From Mayamaea pseudoterrestris (lineage: Eukaryota), in NCBI GenBank assembly GCA_027923505.1, contig BROI01000014.1, positions 248,001-312,000 on the forward strand: a DNA stretch of 64,000 nucleotides, read 5' to 3'. Below are positions 24,801-37,193 of this stretch, in pieces; position 1 is the stretch's first letter; each line of letters begins with the position of its first letter. The position numbers and the translations under genes are program-made. Below the pieces are notes generated by a model. That model worked only from the letters and a program-made list of their open reading frames with translations. It was not told the DNA's origin and searched no databases.

Positions 24801-25218
24801 GAGGGGCCATTCGTTCAATACCCTCAAAGATGCAAGACTTTGTCACGCTGTCGCCCACGGAGGCGAGTTAGTGGAGATGACGAACGGAGCGCGCGAGCTG
24901 TTGAGCCACAAGCGTTACTGGGAGTCGATTGGATTACAAGTCGAGCTCCCAATGAAAGTTATAGGAGACAACAAGGGCGCGTTTGATCCTAACGAACAAT
25001 TGGTCTGACGGCCGGCAAGACGCGTCATATTCGATGCGATATTATTCCTTCGAGAGTTGAAGGAGGAAACGATTATAGACATTGAATGGATTGGAACCGA
25101 CGACAATTGCGCCGATATCTTTACAAAGAATCTGGGCGTGAAGGCGTTTAACAAGCACGCAAAGGTGTTCGTCGGCGACGATGAGTACTTTGAAGATTAA
25201 GTACATCGGATCAGGGAG

Positions 25219-25488
25219 TGCTGAGAATTGGTGATTAAACAGGTGATCCTCAGTACTATGGCCTACATCCCAGGGCATTGGTAAAGATGCGGGATCGACT
25301 GGCTGCGTTGCAATGAACAGGACAGTTAGCTATAGAGACTCGGAGACACTCTTGGAGAGGTCAAGATTCCAAGAGTTACGGCGGTCGCTTAGGATAGAAT
25401 AAGCTCACTCTTTTATAGCGGATCTTTTGCAAGCGAATAGGAGAGGTTTATATCGTAAATTACAAGTACATTTGGAGCAATCTCAGCA
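25219..25488 (+). repeat. 3' LTR of copia copy 1
   Basis: 270 bp, preceded by a short purine tract and followed by the GCGCG TSD. Confidence 0.95.
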
Positions 25489-26156
25489 GCGCGTACGCTC
25501 CACTTTCAATGCTCGATTCGTGTCCTAGCAAACATTGCAGCGCTGCCGTTCAAACAGCTTCAACAACGGCAACAAGAGCCACCGACAGACCCACTATTCC
25601 AGAGCTCGAACACTACTAGTGGCAGGACCAGTACTTTCGCATAACCACGAAGATTTCATTGCCGTCTTTGACCATGGTGTCAAGGCGATTGCTTCGCATC
25701 GCTCAGCGATATCGATAAACTTTTACATGATCGTTTGCGTCCATACTAAGGCGGTGACCAAAACTGTCCGCCATCGGAAACAATATTTTCGTCGGAGCAA
25801 GTACTTGTTGCCATTCAGCAGGAACTCAAGCAACGTATCGATATTTGCTTGCTGCGTGATGACCGGCTCGACCGTTGATTGTCGTGCGACTCGAATCAAG
25901 CCACCTTGTTGATCGCATGGACTCCGCGTTTATCGAAATTGGGGTAGCAAAACACCTGCATTCTCAAAGGGTTTGAGAGCCCACATTATACTGCCTGATG
26001 CCTGAGCCTGAGTGGATTTTTACACGATTTTGATTTTGCTTGAGGAGCATTACATGGTGTTTATAAAGACAAGCATAATGAAGTATGGAAGATTTGAATG
26101 ATTATAGCAAACAATGACTGATTATATACAGACCATTGTTTCTTTGCCAAGTATAC

Positions 26157-26603
26157 TCATCGTCGTCGCAGGCTGGACCAAACTCTTCGTGATCTGCGGG
26201 TGGCAGTTCGAAGAGCGTCGGACACAGCGGCTCTGGTAGGCCGAGAGCTTTGAAGCGCCAAACTTTCTGTTATGCAAAACATAATGTCATCGTCGGAACA
26301 TGTGGTTGACTCATCCGTTTCTGACTCCATTTCGTTGACCACCATCCACGCTTCAATTCTCGCTCGGAGTGATCGGTGGGATATAAGATCTTTTGGCCCA
26401 AGCGTTTCTCGAGTTAGTGGATTTGTATTGTTGTGGTTGATGAGCCATTCAAAGATTGCCGCTCGTTCGAAACACATGCTGGGATCTTTGTGACGACAGG
26501 ATCCTTCATAATTTCTTGCGTAATGGGGCAAAGGTACTCGTCTGGGACAGAAACAACTTGAAAAGGACTGCGGGAGTGGGGGAGCGAGTGTTGCTTGGCA
26601 CAT
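26157..26603 (-). pseudogene. Degraded duplicate of the U-box gene at 33490-33933
   Basis: FERAAIFEWLINHNNTNPLTRETL is retained, with indels relative to the second copy. Confidence 0.6.
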
Positions 26604-27177
26604 GATTAAGTTTGTAACTGGTGAACTGTTGGATGATCGGCAGTACTCCGTTAAGATGATGTGAGGGGAAAGAAAAACAAACCATCGAGCGACGATTTCC
26701 ACCTCGGACAAGTTGCTTTCGCTGACGCTCCCTGACAATTGTCCGTCAGTCACGAGGGTTATATCATAGTCGTGTATTTTTATTAGGCATATGTCATTCG
26801 GACAATATATATTTGTACATTGATAAACGGTGGGGAAACGCATCTCATTTAATCTAAAAGTCACTTTAACTACTCGTCGGAAATTACCATTGTGGCACTC
26901 CGAGAATCCCAAGATCCTCGGCGACACTCAAGAATTATCACGAAAACGAAAGTAACGACGGTAAACTCGCAGAGACACCTACGTCATTCGACGTCATTCA
27001 TGGATGACATCATTCTTGTCGCATCAGCAGCACAATTAAGTTCGAGGAGGAATTCAACCACACTCGTTGTATCGTCTCTTCCCTCTACAAAGACTCTGTA
27101 TTTCATTCACTTACGGGAGAAAGGAGTTGCAGTGGCTGTTCAAGTTTAAATCGGCACCAAAACTTGCCGTCAAGGAT

Positions 27178-30100
27178 ACACTCTTGGAGAGGTCAAGATT
27201 CCAAGAGTTCCGGTGGCGTACATGGATGAATAAGCTCACTCTTTTACTCTTGGATCTTTTGCAAGCGAATAGGAGAGGTTTATATCGTAAATTACAAGTA
27301 CATTTTGAGCAATCTCAGCATTACCTTAAGCTGTAGCCTCAGAGATACCCGAGTCAGCATGGTGAACCGGCCCAAGGAATCACCAAGGACTACGAGGAGC
27401 GAGTTGGAAAGATGAAGGCGGAACAAGAGCCTGGCCGCGATCCCCAAGTTGGATAAAGACAAGAGTTTTGGACTTGGAAGATGGAGATCGAGGCGGCAAG
27501 GGAGTTGCGCATGACTTGGACAAGGTAATGGATCCCAAGCGGATGGGCGGACCTCCCCGACGCGGGAAGAACAGCCAAATCAATCGAATGCAACAACAGG
27601 CGAGCCGTCCAAGATGAACAAGGTAGCCATGGCGCAGTTAATCATGGCTCATGGCTTAACGGAGACAAGGAGCGGAGTTCCTCTTGATCTTACGGAATCA
27701 AGGACGGAAGCGTACGACGGCGCAAGTGGCAAGTGATCGTCATGAAGAAGCTGATCGAACAATATCAGCCGACCGATCAAGTTGCCCAATTAAAGTTGAT
27801 GGACTGCAACCTTAGCAGTCTCTCGTGCGAGCCAAATCCAACCAAGTTGTTCCTAAAGGTAGCAGAGCTGGAGAGTCAGTTTCTAGCGTCGGGAGCAAAG
27901 CTCGAGGCGTCAAGTCGTTCCTCATATCATCAAGGCCTTACGGACCGGTACAGCGGACGAGTGTCGCCATGTTTGAAAAGCACAAGGAACTAACCAAAGC
28001 AATGATACGCAAGGCGTAGAGGCAGAATATCGCCTCCAAGTGGCGAAAAGGCGCCATCAAGGAAGACGACGATGAAGATGAAGATGAACAAGCTCTCTTT
28101 ACTCAATCGTCGATCGGAACCCCAGGGCTGCTGGCTTTGCGCACGCAGAACACAAGAAGAAGGACTGCCCAAAGTATAAAGGAACGGCGGCGGCGGCGGA
28201 GGCAACAGAAGCAGGTCGGAAAAAAGATTCCAAGGAACGTGCGACGACGCAGAAGAGGCACAAGAAAGAAGACTGCTTTCATCTTGAGAAGAACGCCTCC
28301 AAGCGCCCCGCTTGGTTCAAGAAGATCTTGGAGAAGAAGAATGAGTCGGCAAATGTCACTTGTGACGACGAATTTAGCAGGTTGCACACGAAAAACAGCA
28401 ACCAGAGCGATACCTTTACTTGTCATAGTGCATGGTGCCTTGTATGCAGCATATAGTACACTAGCAGACGGAAAAGTAGCAGCGTGTTTAGAGGTGATAT
28501 AGCCGGTTATCCTTGGTTCGATTCCGAGGTGCGCTACTTTTAACGGCATAGTGATACTACTTTCTGTTGCATACCTGCTATGGTAGCGTCCCTATCGAGA
28601 GATCTGGACTGAGGCTGCTGGTTCGAGTTGCGATCGAATCAAGCGAAGAAAAAGCAAAAATTCACTGGTTGCACGGGTTTGTCACGAACGAACGATGGGG
28701 AGTCGCGGACCCTGGGGAGTGCACAAAGATGCGCCGAGCCCGAAACGCCGCAGGAAAAACTGAAAAGTGACATTCCCCCGCGAGACGAAAATGCCAGCTG
28801 AAACGGAAGACGAGTTAGCACTATGACGCGCAAAGCTAGGGGAGTAGCAGGTTGCACACGAAAAACAGCAACCAGAGCGATACCTTTACTTGTCATAGTG
28901 CATGGTGCCTTGTATGCAGCATATAGTACACTAGCAGACGGAAAAGTAGCAGCGTGTTTAGAGGTGATATAGCCGGTTATCCTTGGTTCGATTCCGAGGT
29001 GCGCTACTTTTAACGGCATAGTGATACTACTTTCTGTTGCATACCTGCTAAATTCTTCATCATGGCAACCAAGGGCGTCGCGGAGGTCGACGACGAGTTG
29101 TGGTTTGCCGACAACGGGTGCACGAGCGCCATAACGAAGTCAAAAGAAGCAATGTATGAGACAAGGGCAGCAACAAGCGTCGATAAGATCAAAGTCGGGA
29201 ACAGTGAATACGTACATCCCGAGCTTGTTGGAAAGTTGCGAGGCACAATCGTGGATAAGGACGGCAAGAAGGTTGGAAACTTGTCGTTGGATCGAGTCAG
29301 TTACTCGGAGTCAGCCGTCGGCAACCTCATTCCAGTCGGAAAGATGATAAAGGAAGGTTGGACGCTGAAGCAGTCAATAGATGGACTGGAGTTAAGCAAA
29401 GGAAAGCGCAAGTTAGTCTTCGATGTGACGGTACAAGTCGGCAGCGGAGTCTTCCACGCTATGCGAGTCAAAAGGACGCCGACGACGGCAGAACAAGCAA
29501 CAGTCGCGGCAAACGCAAACAGAGTCGTTTCTTACCAACAAGTGCATGAAGAGTTTGGCCACATGGGCAAAGCAGCGACTCGAGCGACAGCGAAGCACTT
29601 AGGATGGACGCTAACTGGAAAGATGAATCCATGCGTCTCTTGCGGCGTAGCGAAGGCGCGACAGAAGGATATCGCTCGAAAGGAGCCAGCCGAGAAGGCA
29701 AAGACACCAGGACGACGCATCTACTTGGACTTGACGACGCCAAAGGATAAAGAAGGCAAGAATCTGCCAGGCAAGTTGAACGGTCGATGCATCGTGGACG
29801 AGGCGACAGGATTCAAAGTTGTCGACTTCTTCGCAACCAAGAACGCAATGGTGGAACCAACCTTGAACCTGCTTAGAGAATGGAAGCACAAAGGAAGGGA
29901 GGTTGAGTTTCTAAGGATGGATAACGCTGGCGAGAACAAGAGTCTTGCGAGGCAAGCCAAGGCAGAGGGACTCGTCAAGCGCATTGAATGGACAGCGGCA
30001 AACACGCCGCAACAGAACCACAAGGCAGAAACCTGCTGGCGCACACTCAAAGGGCGTTCAAGAGCTATAGCATACAGAGCAAACGTACCAGAGAAGCAGA

Positions 30101-32738
30101 GGCAGAAGTTCTTTGCAAGGCTAGTAAAGCATGCTAGCAAGTTGGATGGACTCACCATGGTCGAGTTGAATGGGGAAATGAAAACACGCTATGAGCACTT
30201 TGGCGGAAAAAGATTCCACGCTTTGTTAAGTACATGAGGCGTTAGGGAGCGGGCGTGCGTGCTGCGAAAGGTGTCAAGAAACCGGGAATGGAATTTGACA
30301 AAGGCGCAGTCGGCATGTTGGTAGGCTTTCCGGATGACCATGAGGGAGACGTCTATCAAGTTTGGAATCCCAAGACGAATAGAGTTGCAGGAGTTAGAGA
30401 TGTAACGTTCCTAAACAAGTGGTATTTCCAAGAAACGATCAAGGAGATAGCCGACTTAAAGGAGAAGGAAGGCATCGATTGGGATCTTGACACCCCAAGA
30501 GGTGCGACTCACGACGCGCAAGCCAGCGACAGTGAGGAAGAGGAGAGTGTCAATGGTGACGTTGACAACGTGGCATCAGCAAACGAGCGAGCTGTCACAA
30601 AGATTGACCATGGGGAAGGAAGAACAATAACTCGATCCGGGCGTTGTAATACCAAGGCAACGATTGATCGAAGCAAGTAACGCTGGCGTATCAGCTGGCG
30701 ACCCAAGAATGCGCGTTGGCGATGCTGGACTGTGAGCTTACGCTCAACGCGGCAATCATCGAGGAGATGGAGGAAGGCGAGTGCTACACGCCGGCGCGCG
30801 ACGAGTTAGCGCTCGTTGGCGCAGGGATTGGCGATGGCATTGCGCATACATCAGAGCTACAAGTAATGAAGTTCAGCGAGGCAATGGCGAAGGGACCAGT
30901 CGCTGAATGGCAGAAGGCGGTTGACGACGAGCATGATCGAATGCTCCAAGTACAAACGCTTCAAAGAAATCCCACGCTCGCAGCTTCCTGAAGGAACGAA
31001 GCTGATCGACACGACATGGGCAATGAAGCAAAAGGCAAACGGAACAAAGCGAGCAAGAATGGCGGTCAGGGGATTCCAGCAGATCGAAGGAGTCCATTAC
31101 GATCCCAAGTCGGTGTCGGCGCCTGTCGTGAATCTATCGACGACGCGCATCATGTTGGTATTGATGTTGATGGCACGCTGGGACGCGCACATTGTCGACG
31201 TGCGAGGAGCATTCTTGCAAGGCAAGTTCGAAAACGATGAAAAGATTTACATTAAGATACCACAAGGATTCGAAAAGCATTATAAAGCAGACAGCGTGTT
31301 GCAGCTGTTGGCGCCCATGTGTACGGATTGATACAAGCGGCGTACTGTTTCTATTTGGTGTTGGTCAGAGCGTTCGACAACCAAGGATACGGAAGGAGCA
31401 AGGCCGATCCATGCCTCTATTATCAATGGGGCGAACAAGGATTACATCTTTGGTCGAGTCATACGGATGACTGCTTGTCGGCCGGAAAGGATATCATCAC
31501 AGCGAAGAACAAATTCATGAGCGAACTCGACTGCGAGGACATTGGCGAGTTGAAAGAGCACATCGGCTGCAAGATCGATATCAACAAGGAAGAAGGATGG
31601 TTGAAGATAACTCAACCAGTCGCAATTCAAAGACTCAAAGACGAGTTCAATATACCCGACGAGCTCGATGAGGAGAGGCTTCCGGCGTCACCGGGAAGCA
31701 AGTTAAAGAGCGCGGGAAACAATCGTTGGAGCGCAGGAGCATCACGAGTTTCGCAGCGGCGTTGGCATTGTTCAATGGATTAAAAGAGGCTCGAGACCAG
31801 AGATAAGCAACGCTGTTAGAGACGTTGCAAGGCGTCTACAAGGACCAACGGAAGCGCATGTGAAAGCGAACCATCGAATCATGCGCTACCTAACGAGGAC
31901 TCCGGAGCGTGGACTCGTCCTCAAGCCATCGAGGCAATGGGATGGCACACCAAGCTTTAAGTTCAGATTGAAAGTGATTACGGACTCATCATACGCGTCG
32001 GATCCAGACACAAGAAGGAGTCCAGGAGGCTACAGCACGTTTCTAGAGGACGCGCCAATCGTTCAATGCTCAAAGATGCAAGACTTTGTCACGCTGTCGC
32101 CCACGGAGGCGGAGTTAGTGGAGATGACGAACGGAGCGCGCGAGCTGTTGAGCCACAAGCGATTACTGGAGTCGATTGGATTACAAGTCGAGCTCCCAAT
32201 GAAAGTTATAGGAGACAACAAGGGCGCGTTTGATCTAACGAACAATTGGTCGACGGCCGGCAAGACGCGTCATATTGACGTGCGATATTATTTCCTTCGA
32301 GAGTTGAAGGAGAAAAAGATTATAGACATTGAATGGATTGGAACCGACGACAATTGCGCCGATATCTTTACAAAGAATCTGGGCGTGAAGGCGTTTAACA
32401 AGCACGCAAAGGTGTTCGTCGGCGACGATGAGTACTTTGAAGATTAAGTACATCGGATCAGAGGAGAGTGCTGAGAATTGGTGATTAAACAGGTGATCCT
32501 CAGTACTATGGCCTACATCCCAGGGCATTGGTAAAGATGCGGGATCGACTGGCTGCGTTGCAATGAACAGGACAGTTAGCTATAGAGACTCGGAGACACT
32601 CTTGGAGAGGTCAAGATTCCAAGAGTTACGGCGGTCGCTTAGGATAGAATAAGCTCACTCTTTTATAGCGGATCTTTTGCAAGCGAATAGGAGAGGTTTA
32701 TATCGTAAATTACAAGTACATTTGGAGCAATCTCAGCA
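27178..32738 (+). mobile_element. Ty1/copia retrotransposon, copy 2 (5' LTR truncated)
   Basis: Protease WFADNGCT; IN HEEFGH..CVSC and RMDNAGEN; RT VRGFQQIEG, DVRGAFLQG, YGLIQAA and HTDD; RNase H TDSSYA..RHIDVRYYFLRE..ADIFTKNL. 3' LTR at 32469-32738 follows PPT AGAGGAGAG. Confidence 0.93.
28375..29050 (+). mobile_element. TRIM-like element, second occurrence (within the duplicated block)
   Basis: LTRs at 28375-28580 and 28845-29050 with TSD AATT; appears identical to 21162-21837. Confidence 0.92.
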
Positions 32739-33200
32739 GCGCGTACGCTCCACTTTCAATGCGCGATTCTCGTCCTACGTAGCAAACATTGCTGCGCTGC
32801 CGTTCAAACAGCTTCAACAACGGCAACAAGAGCCACTTACAGACCCATTATTCCAGAGCTCAAAAATTACTAGTGGCAGGACCAGTAATTTGCGCATAAC
32901 CACGAAGATGTCATTGCCGTCTTTGACCATGATGTCAAGGCGATTGCTTCGCATCGCCCAGCGAAATCGATAGCCTTTTACATGATCGGCGTTCGCGTCC
33001 ATGGCTGAAGTGGTGGCCAAAACTGTCCGCCATCGGAAACAATGTTTCGTTGGAGCAAGTACTTGGTGCCGTTCGGCAGAACTCAAGCAACGTACGATAT
33101 TTGCTTACTGCGTGATGACCGGCTCGACCGCTGATACTCGTGCGACTCAAATCAAGCCACCTTGCTACTAGGCAGTGCAACACGAAGCTTGTCACTCCAT
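32739..33200 (+). pseudogene. 3' part of local family member 3, disrupted by the copia insertion (5' part 19799-19833)
   Basis: Translation across the empty site reads MQRSYASTGAARTL…IIPELKNY*WQDQ*FAHNHEDVIAVFDHDVKAIASHR, matching the PEL..W.D..F..IIAVFDH motif of the 17154 and 18366 genes. Confidence 0.65.
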
Positions 33201-33489
33201 TGAACGAGCTCCGCGTTTATCGAAATTGGGGTAGCAAAAGCACCACCCGCATTCTCAAAAGGGTTTGAGAGACCGGCAAACATTTGCGAAAGGTACTGCC
33301 TGATGCCTGAGAGCCTGAGGAATTGGATTTTTTACAGCGAGCGAGTAACTTTTGATTTAGCAGGAGCATTACATGGTGTTTATAAAGACAAGCATAATGA
33401 AGTATGGAAGATTTGAATGATTATAGCAAGAAACAATGACTAGATATTATATACAGGAAGCGCATTGTATTGCTTTGCCAAGGTATGGC

Positions 33490-33933
33490 TCATCGTCGTC
33501 GCAGGCTGGACCAAACTCTTCGTGGTCTGCGGGTGGCACTTCGAAGAGCGTCCGACACTGCGGCTCTGGTAGGCCGAGAGCTTTGAAGCGCCAAACTTTC
33601 TGTTATGCAAAACATAATGTCATCATCGGAAGATGTGGTGGACTCATCCGTTTCTGACTCCATTTCGTTGACCACCATCCACGCTTCAATTCTTGCTCGG
33701 AGTGATCGGTGGGAAATAAGATCTTTTGGCCCAAGAGTTTCTCGAGTTAGTGGATTTGTATTGTTGTGGTTGATGAGCCATTCAAAGATTGCCGCTCGTT
33801 CGAAACACATGCCGGATCTTGTGACGACAGGATCCTTCATAATTTCTTGCGTAATGGGGCAAAGGTACTCGTCTGGGACAGAGACAAGCTTGGAGCTGCG
33901 GGAGAGTTGGGGAGCGAGTGTTGCTTGGCACAT
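33490..33933 (-). CDS. Small U-box domain protein
   Basis: VPDEYLCPITQEIMKDPVVTRSGMCFERAAIFEWL..NPLTRETL is a canonical U-box. Confidence 0.85.
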   Translation of the reverse strand: MCQATLAPQLSRSSKLVSVPDEYLCPITQEIMKDPVVTRSGMCFERAAIFEWLINHNNTNPLTRETLGPKDLISHRSLRARIEAWMVVNEMESETDESTTSSDDDIMFCITESLALQSSRPTRAAVSDALRSATRRPRRVWSSLRRR

Positions 33934-34527
33934 GATAAAGTTTGTAACTGGAGTATGCAGACTGTTGGATGATCGGCAGTACTCCAGTAAGGTAGATTGT
34001 GAGGGAAAGAAAAACAAACCATCGAGCGACGATTTCCACCTCGGACAAAGTTGCTCGCTGACGCTACGCCTGACGTTTGTCCGTCAGTCACGAGGGGTTA
34101 TATCATAGTCGTGTATTTTATTAGGCATATGTCATTCGGACAATATATATTTGTACATTGATAAACAGTGGGGAAACGCATGCGTCATTTAGGACGTCTA
34201 AAAGTCACTTTAAATATATGCCCGTCCGAAATTTACCACACCAAATTGGCACGTGCGAATGCTAACGATGCCTCGGCGACACTCAAGAGCACCACGTCGG
34301 TGACCTTTGTACTGCCCTGTTCATTCTCGACGCCAGAGAAAACAGAAAGTAACGACGGTAAACTCGCAGAGACACGCTACGGTCATTCGACGGTCATTGC
34401 CAATGCACGAGTGGATGACATCATTCTTGTCGCATCGGCAGCACCCAATTAAGTTCGAGGAGGAATTCAACCACACATCATCGTCGCTCGTCTCTTCCTC
34501 TACAAAGAGGCTCTATCAGTATTTCCA

Positions 34528-35010
34528 ATGTCACTATTTGTAGGAAAAGGAGTTGCAGTGGCTGTTCCAAGATTTAAATCGGCACTCAAGAAACTTGCCG
34601 TCCAAGGATCGGAAGCGCTCAAGCCGCAGCATGTTCCATCAGCCGACATGGCCTCGAGGAGTCACTGGAAACCAGCTCTCATTTCCAATCGCATTGCCAG
34701 TGTTTTGAGAAAGCAGGCAGTGCGGGAAGGAACATATGGGTCGTTTAATACTGAAACGTTGACAGGTTGGGATGCACAGTGGGATGTTGAACTTGCTTCC
34801 ATTCGTTCACAAGGAAGTGGCCGCATTCAAATCCGGCCACCAAACAAGACGAGTCGACAGCGAACGAGAGAAAAGCGAGCAACCAAGATTGAAACAACGA
34901 TGCAGGACATGAATGAGCGTATCGAAAGCTATTACCAGGAGAAGCACAGCGCCAAACCGGCCAAGACGTTTGAGAATAATTACAAGCAGCAAATGATTAT
35001 CAAGAGGTAG
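34528..35010 (+). CDS. Probable mitochondrial ribosomal protein mL59/MRPL25-like
   Basis: Basic 160-aa ORF; HWKPALISNRIASVLRKQAVREG resembles the mL59 motif. Confidence 0.55.
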   Translation: MSLFVGKGVAVAVPRFKSALKKLAVQGSEALKPQHVPSADMASRSHWKPALISNRIASVLRKQAVREGTYGSFNTETLTGWDAQWDVELASIRSQGSGRIQIRPPNKTSRQRTREKRATKIETTMQDMNERIESYYQEKHSAKPAKTFENNYKQQMIIKR

Positions 35011-35601
35011 AGCATCGCCAAAGGCAGCGTCAAGTCTAGTAACGATGTTGCTACCGTTACCGATTGATGTTAAAGACTTTAATTGAGAAACGGATTATCT
35101 GAGTATTATACATTTGTATCATTATTGAAAGAAGCTAGCAATTATCAAGCTGAAGCATAAATCATCCAAATCCAAGCACCGTCGTGCTGGTCCATGTCAA
35201 GACCAAACTATCAGAGCCAGCGCCGTCAGACCACTACGCACTTTTATATATTGTTTAGATGTGGTCAGAATGAGCCACGGCAGGTTGTTGTAGCATGTAT
35301 AATGAGCATATATAACGCCATTTTGTGAAGCAAGGGAAGTCCAATTCCGAGCTCCGTCGCGCCGTTCCGTTTCACGACCAAACTATCAAAGCCGAAGCCA
35401 TTGGAACGCAACGAATTTGTACTTTGAATTGCAGTAACAATGAGCCGTGGCACGGTGCATACATTGACCATTATTGTGAAGCAAAGCAATGCACTGGATT
35501 TAACAATACGCACACACAGCATGTACGTGACGAAATGAGCCATATGAAATATATGTGTATGATTTAGAATTGTTCAGATATCCCCTTGTGTTAAAACAAA
35601 T

Positions 35602-36835
35602 TCAATCATAGTAGCAGTGGTTGTATTCGGTGCAGCAATTGTCGTTGCAGCTAACTTCGTCGCAGTCGAGACCAAAAACGTCAACGTTGCCGCTGCAGGT
35701 TGGACAGAGTGGACAAAACGACTTGGGCCATTCCCCGGTAAAGTTGTTGCGCTGGACAAAGAGTGTTTCTGTATAGTGAGATGAGAGTATATTGAGTGAG
35801 TGAGATTGTCGCAAAGATGGTAGACGCAATAGAATAATTGCAACTATCGTACGTACGCAGTACTCCATTCTGCCGCAAGTTGTAGTCAAGTTCGCCGGTA
35901 AAGGTATTGTGCTGCAGGTAGAGTGACATGAGACTCGGCAGCGAGCCAAGCGCGGAACATGGCAGAGTTCCTGTAGCAGACGCAGTTTGGCATTATAATG
36001 ATGTGAGCGCGTGAGCGAAATGTCACTGGAGCAAAACAACAACAAATACACACATACCAGTGAACGAATTGTAACTCAAATCCAAGCGCCTCAAGTCGGT
36101 CAGTTGCGCGAAAATTGGCGTCACCTGGCCCTTCAGCTGGTTGCCACTCAGGTTGAGTTCCATAATCGCGTCGACATCATTGGCGGAGACGCACGTGGGT
36201 GAGTATTGCTCGCTCACATCGCTGCAGCACGTCACGCCGTACCACTCGCAGTGATGCTTCGTTTTCGACAGCCAGTTGCTTGTATTGCTCCATTTGGAGC
36301 CTCCGTTTTGGTAGTAAATGGTGGCGAGTGTTAGTCGACGCATGAGATTGTCCTCATTGACAAGTTTGTCGGAGTGAACGAGCCATTGCGTCGCCTGCGC
36401 CATGGGAGTGTTTGAATTCTCTTCGAGCTGCGAGGCCGAGGTTGGAAGAGTGGATGTATAGTTGGCTGTAAAGGTATTGTTTGCCAATTGGCTCAAGATC
36501 AAATCGAGTCGCTGCTGCGCCAGTGTCACACCAATAGTAGGTGCCATGGTGGGTGCACGCGTGGGTGACTTGGTCTGATGAATCTGCTTCTTTTTGCCTC
36601 CAGTGGCAATGACACTGACCGTGACTACCACCACTGCCACCACCAAACAGGCCAGCGCCAAGACAATGTACAGTTCCCGACGAAGCTTGCGCTCCTCCAG
36701 CTCCTTGTTGGTTTCGTCAAAGAGTGGACTGGGCTCGTGCGGCTCTGGTTTGTTGATGGTATGGCGCGCCTGCTCCATGGGAGTCACCACGGCCACGGCA
36801 GCCTCCAGCACATGCTCCGACTCGGAGTCGTCCAT
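35602..36835 (-). CDS. Single-TM leucine-rich-repeat (L-domain-like) protein, multi-exon
   Basis: TM helix, PTxAPT linker, LATIYYQNGG..W..NWLS..HCEWYGVTC cap, LRRs (ELNLSGNQLKG, RLDLSYNSFTG, LYLQHNTFTG, LFVQRNNFTG) and C-terminal DC..VSC..CCTEC-like tail. Confidence 0.8.
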
Positions 36836-37193
36836 TATAGAGATAGTATGAACGATATTGCAGCGAGATGAACGGGGAACGATGAGTATCGAGGATTGGT
36901 GCAGGAATTTCGAAGCAAGCGTGACAACTTCATGTTGATCGTGCTGGCTCTGGCTTTCGAAAAGGTCATCCGTGTTCAGTCGTGTCGTAGCGGTTATGTC
37001 ACGTTTGAGTACCGCAGCGACAAAATATAAGTACCGCAACGACGCGACAATCCAATGCGTTCGTCTTCCACCATGACGCGCCCATCATTATGGCCGCACA
37101 TTGCACGCCCATTTAGCACCTTTAAAGCCCATGGAGCACCTGCTATAGGTCTATTTATAATCGTATCTTCTTCTCGTCAATCAGTTTCACATA

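Larger units (their letters stand above)
19834..25488 (+). mobile_element. Ty1/copia LTR retrotransposon (CoDi-like), copy 1
   Basis: LTRs at 19834-20103 and 25219-25488 (270 bp, TGCTGAGA..TCTCAGCA). TSD GCGCG at 19829-19833 and 25489-25493. Gag has two CCHC knuckles; domain order PR-IN-RT-RH; many indels. Confidence 0.96.
19961..34609. repeat. Tandem duplication: 19961-27177 vs 27178-34609 (about 7.2-7.4 kb)
   Basis: The junction at 27177/27178 fuses the start of the 34528 gene (…GCCGTCAAGGAT) to the middle of the copia 5' LTR (ACACTCTTGG…). All intervening content is repeated. Confidence 0.9.

Noticed and set aside
22000..25200. Programmed frameshifting in copia pol
   Set aside because: Frameshifts are numerous and differ between the two copies, consistent with sequence error or decay.
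21162..29050. Four 206-bp repeats read as a CRISPR-like or satellite array
   Set aside because: The repeats are too long, the interiors are identical, and the TSD, PBS and PPT explain them as LTR pairs within a duplicated block.
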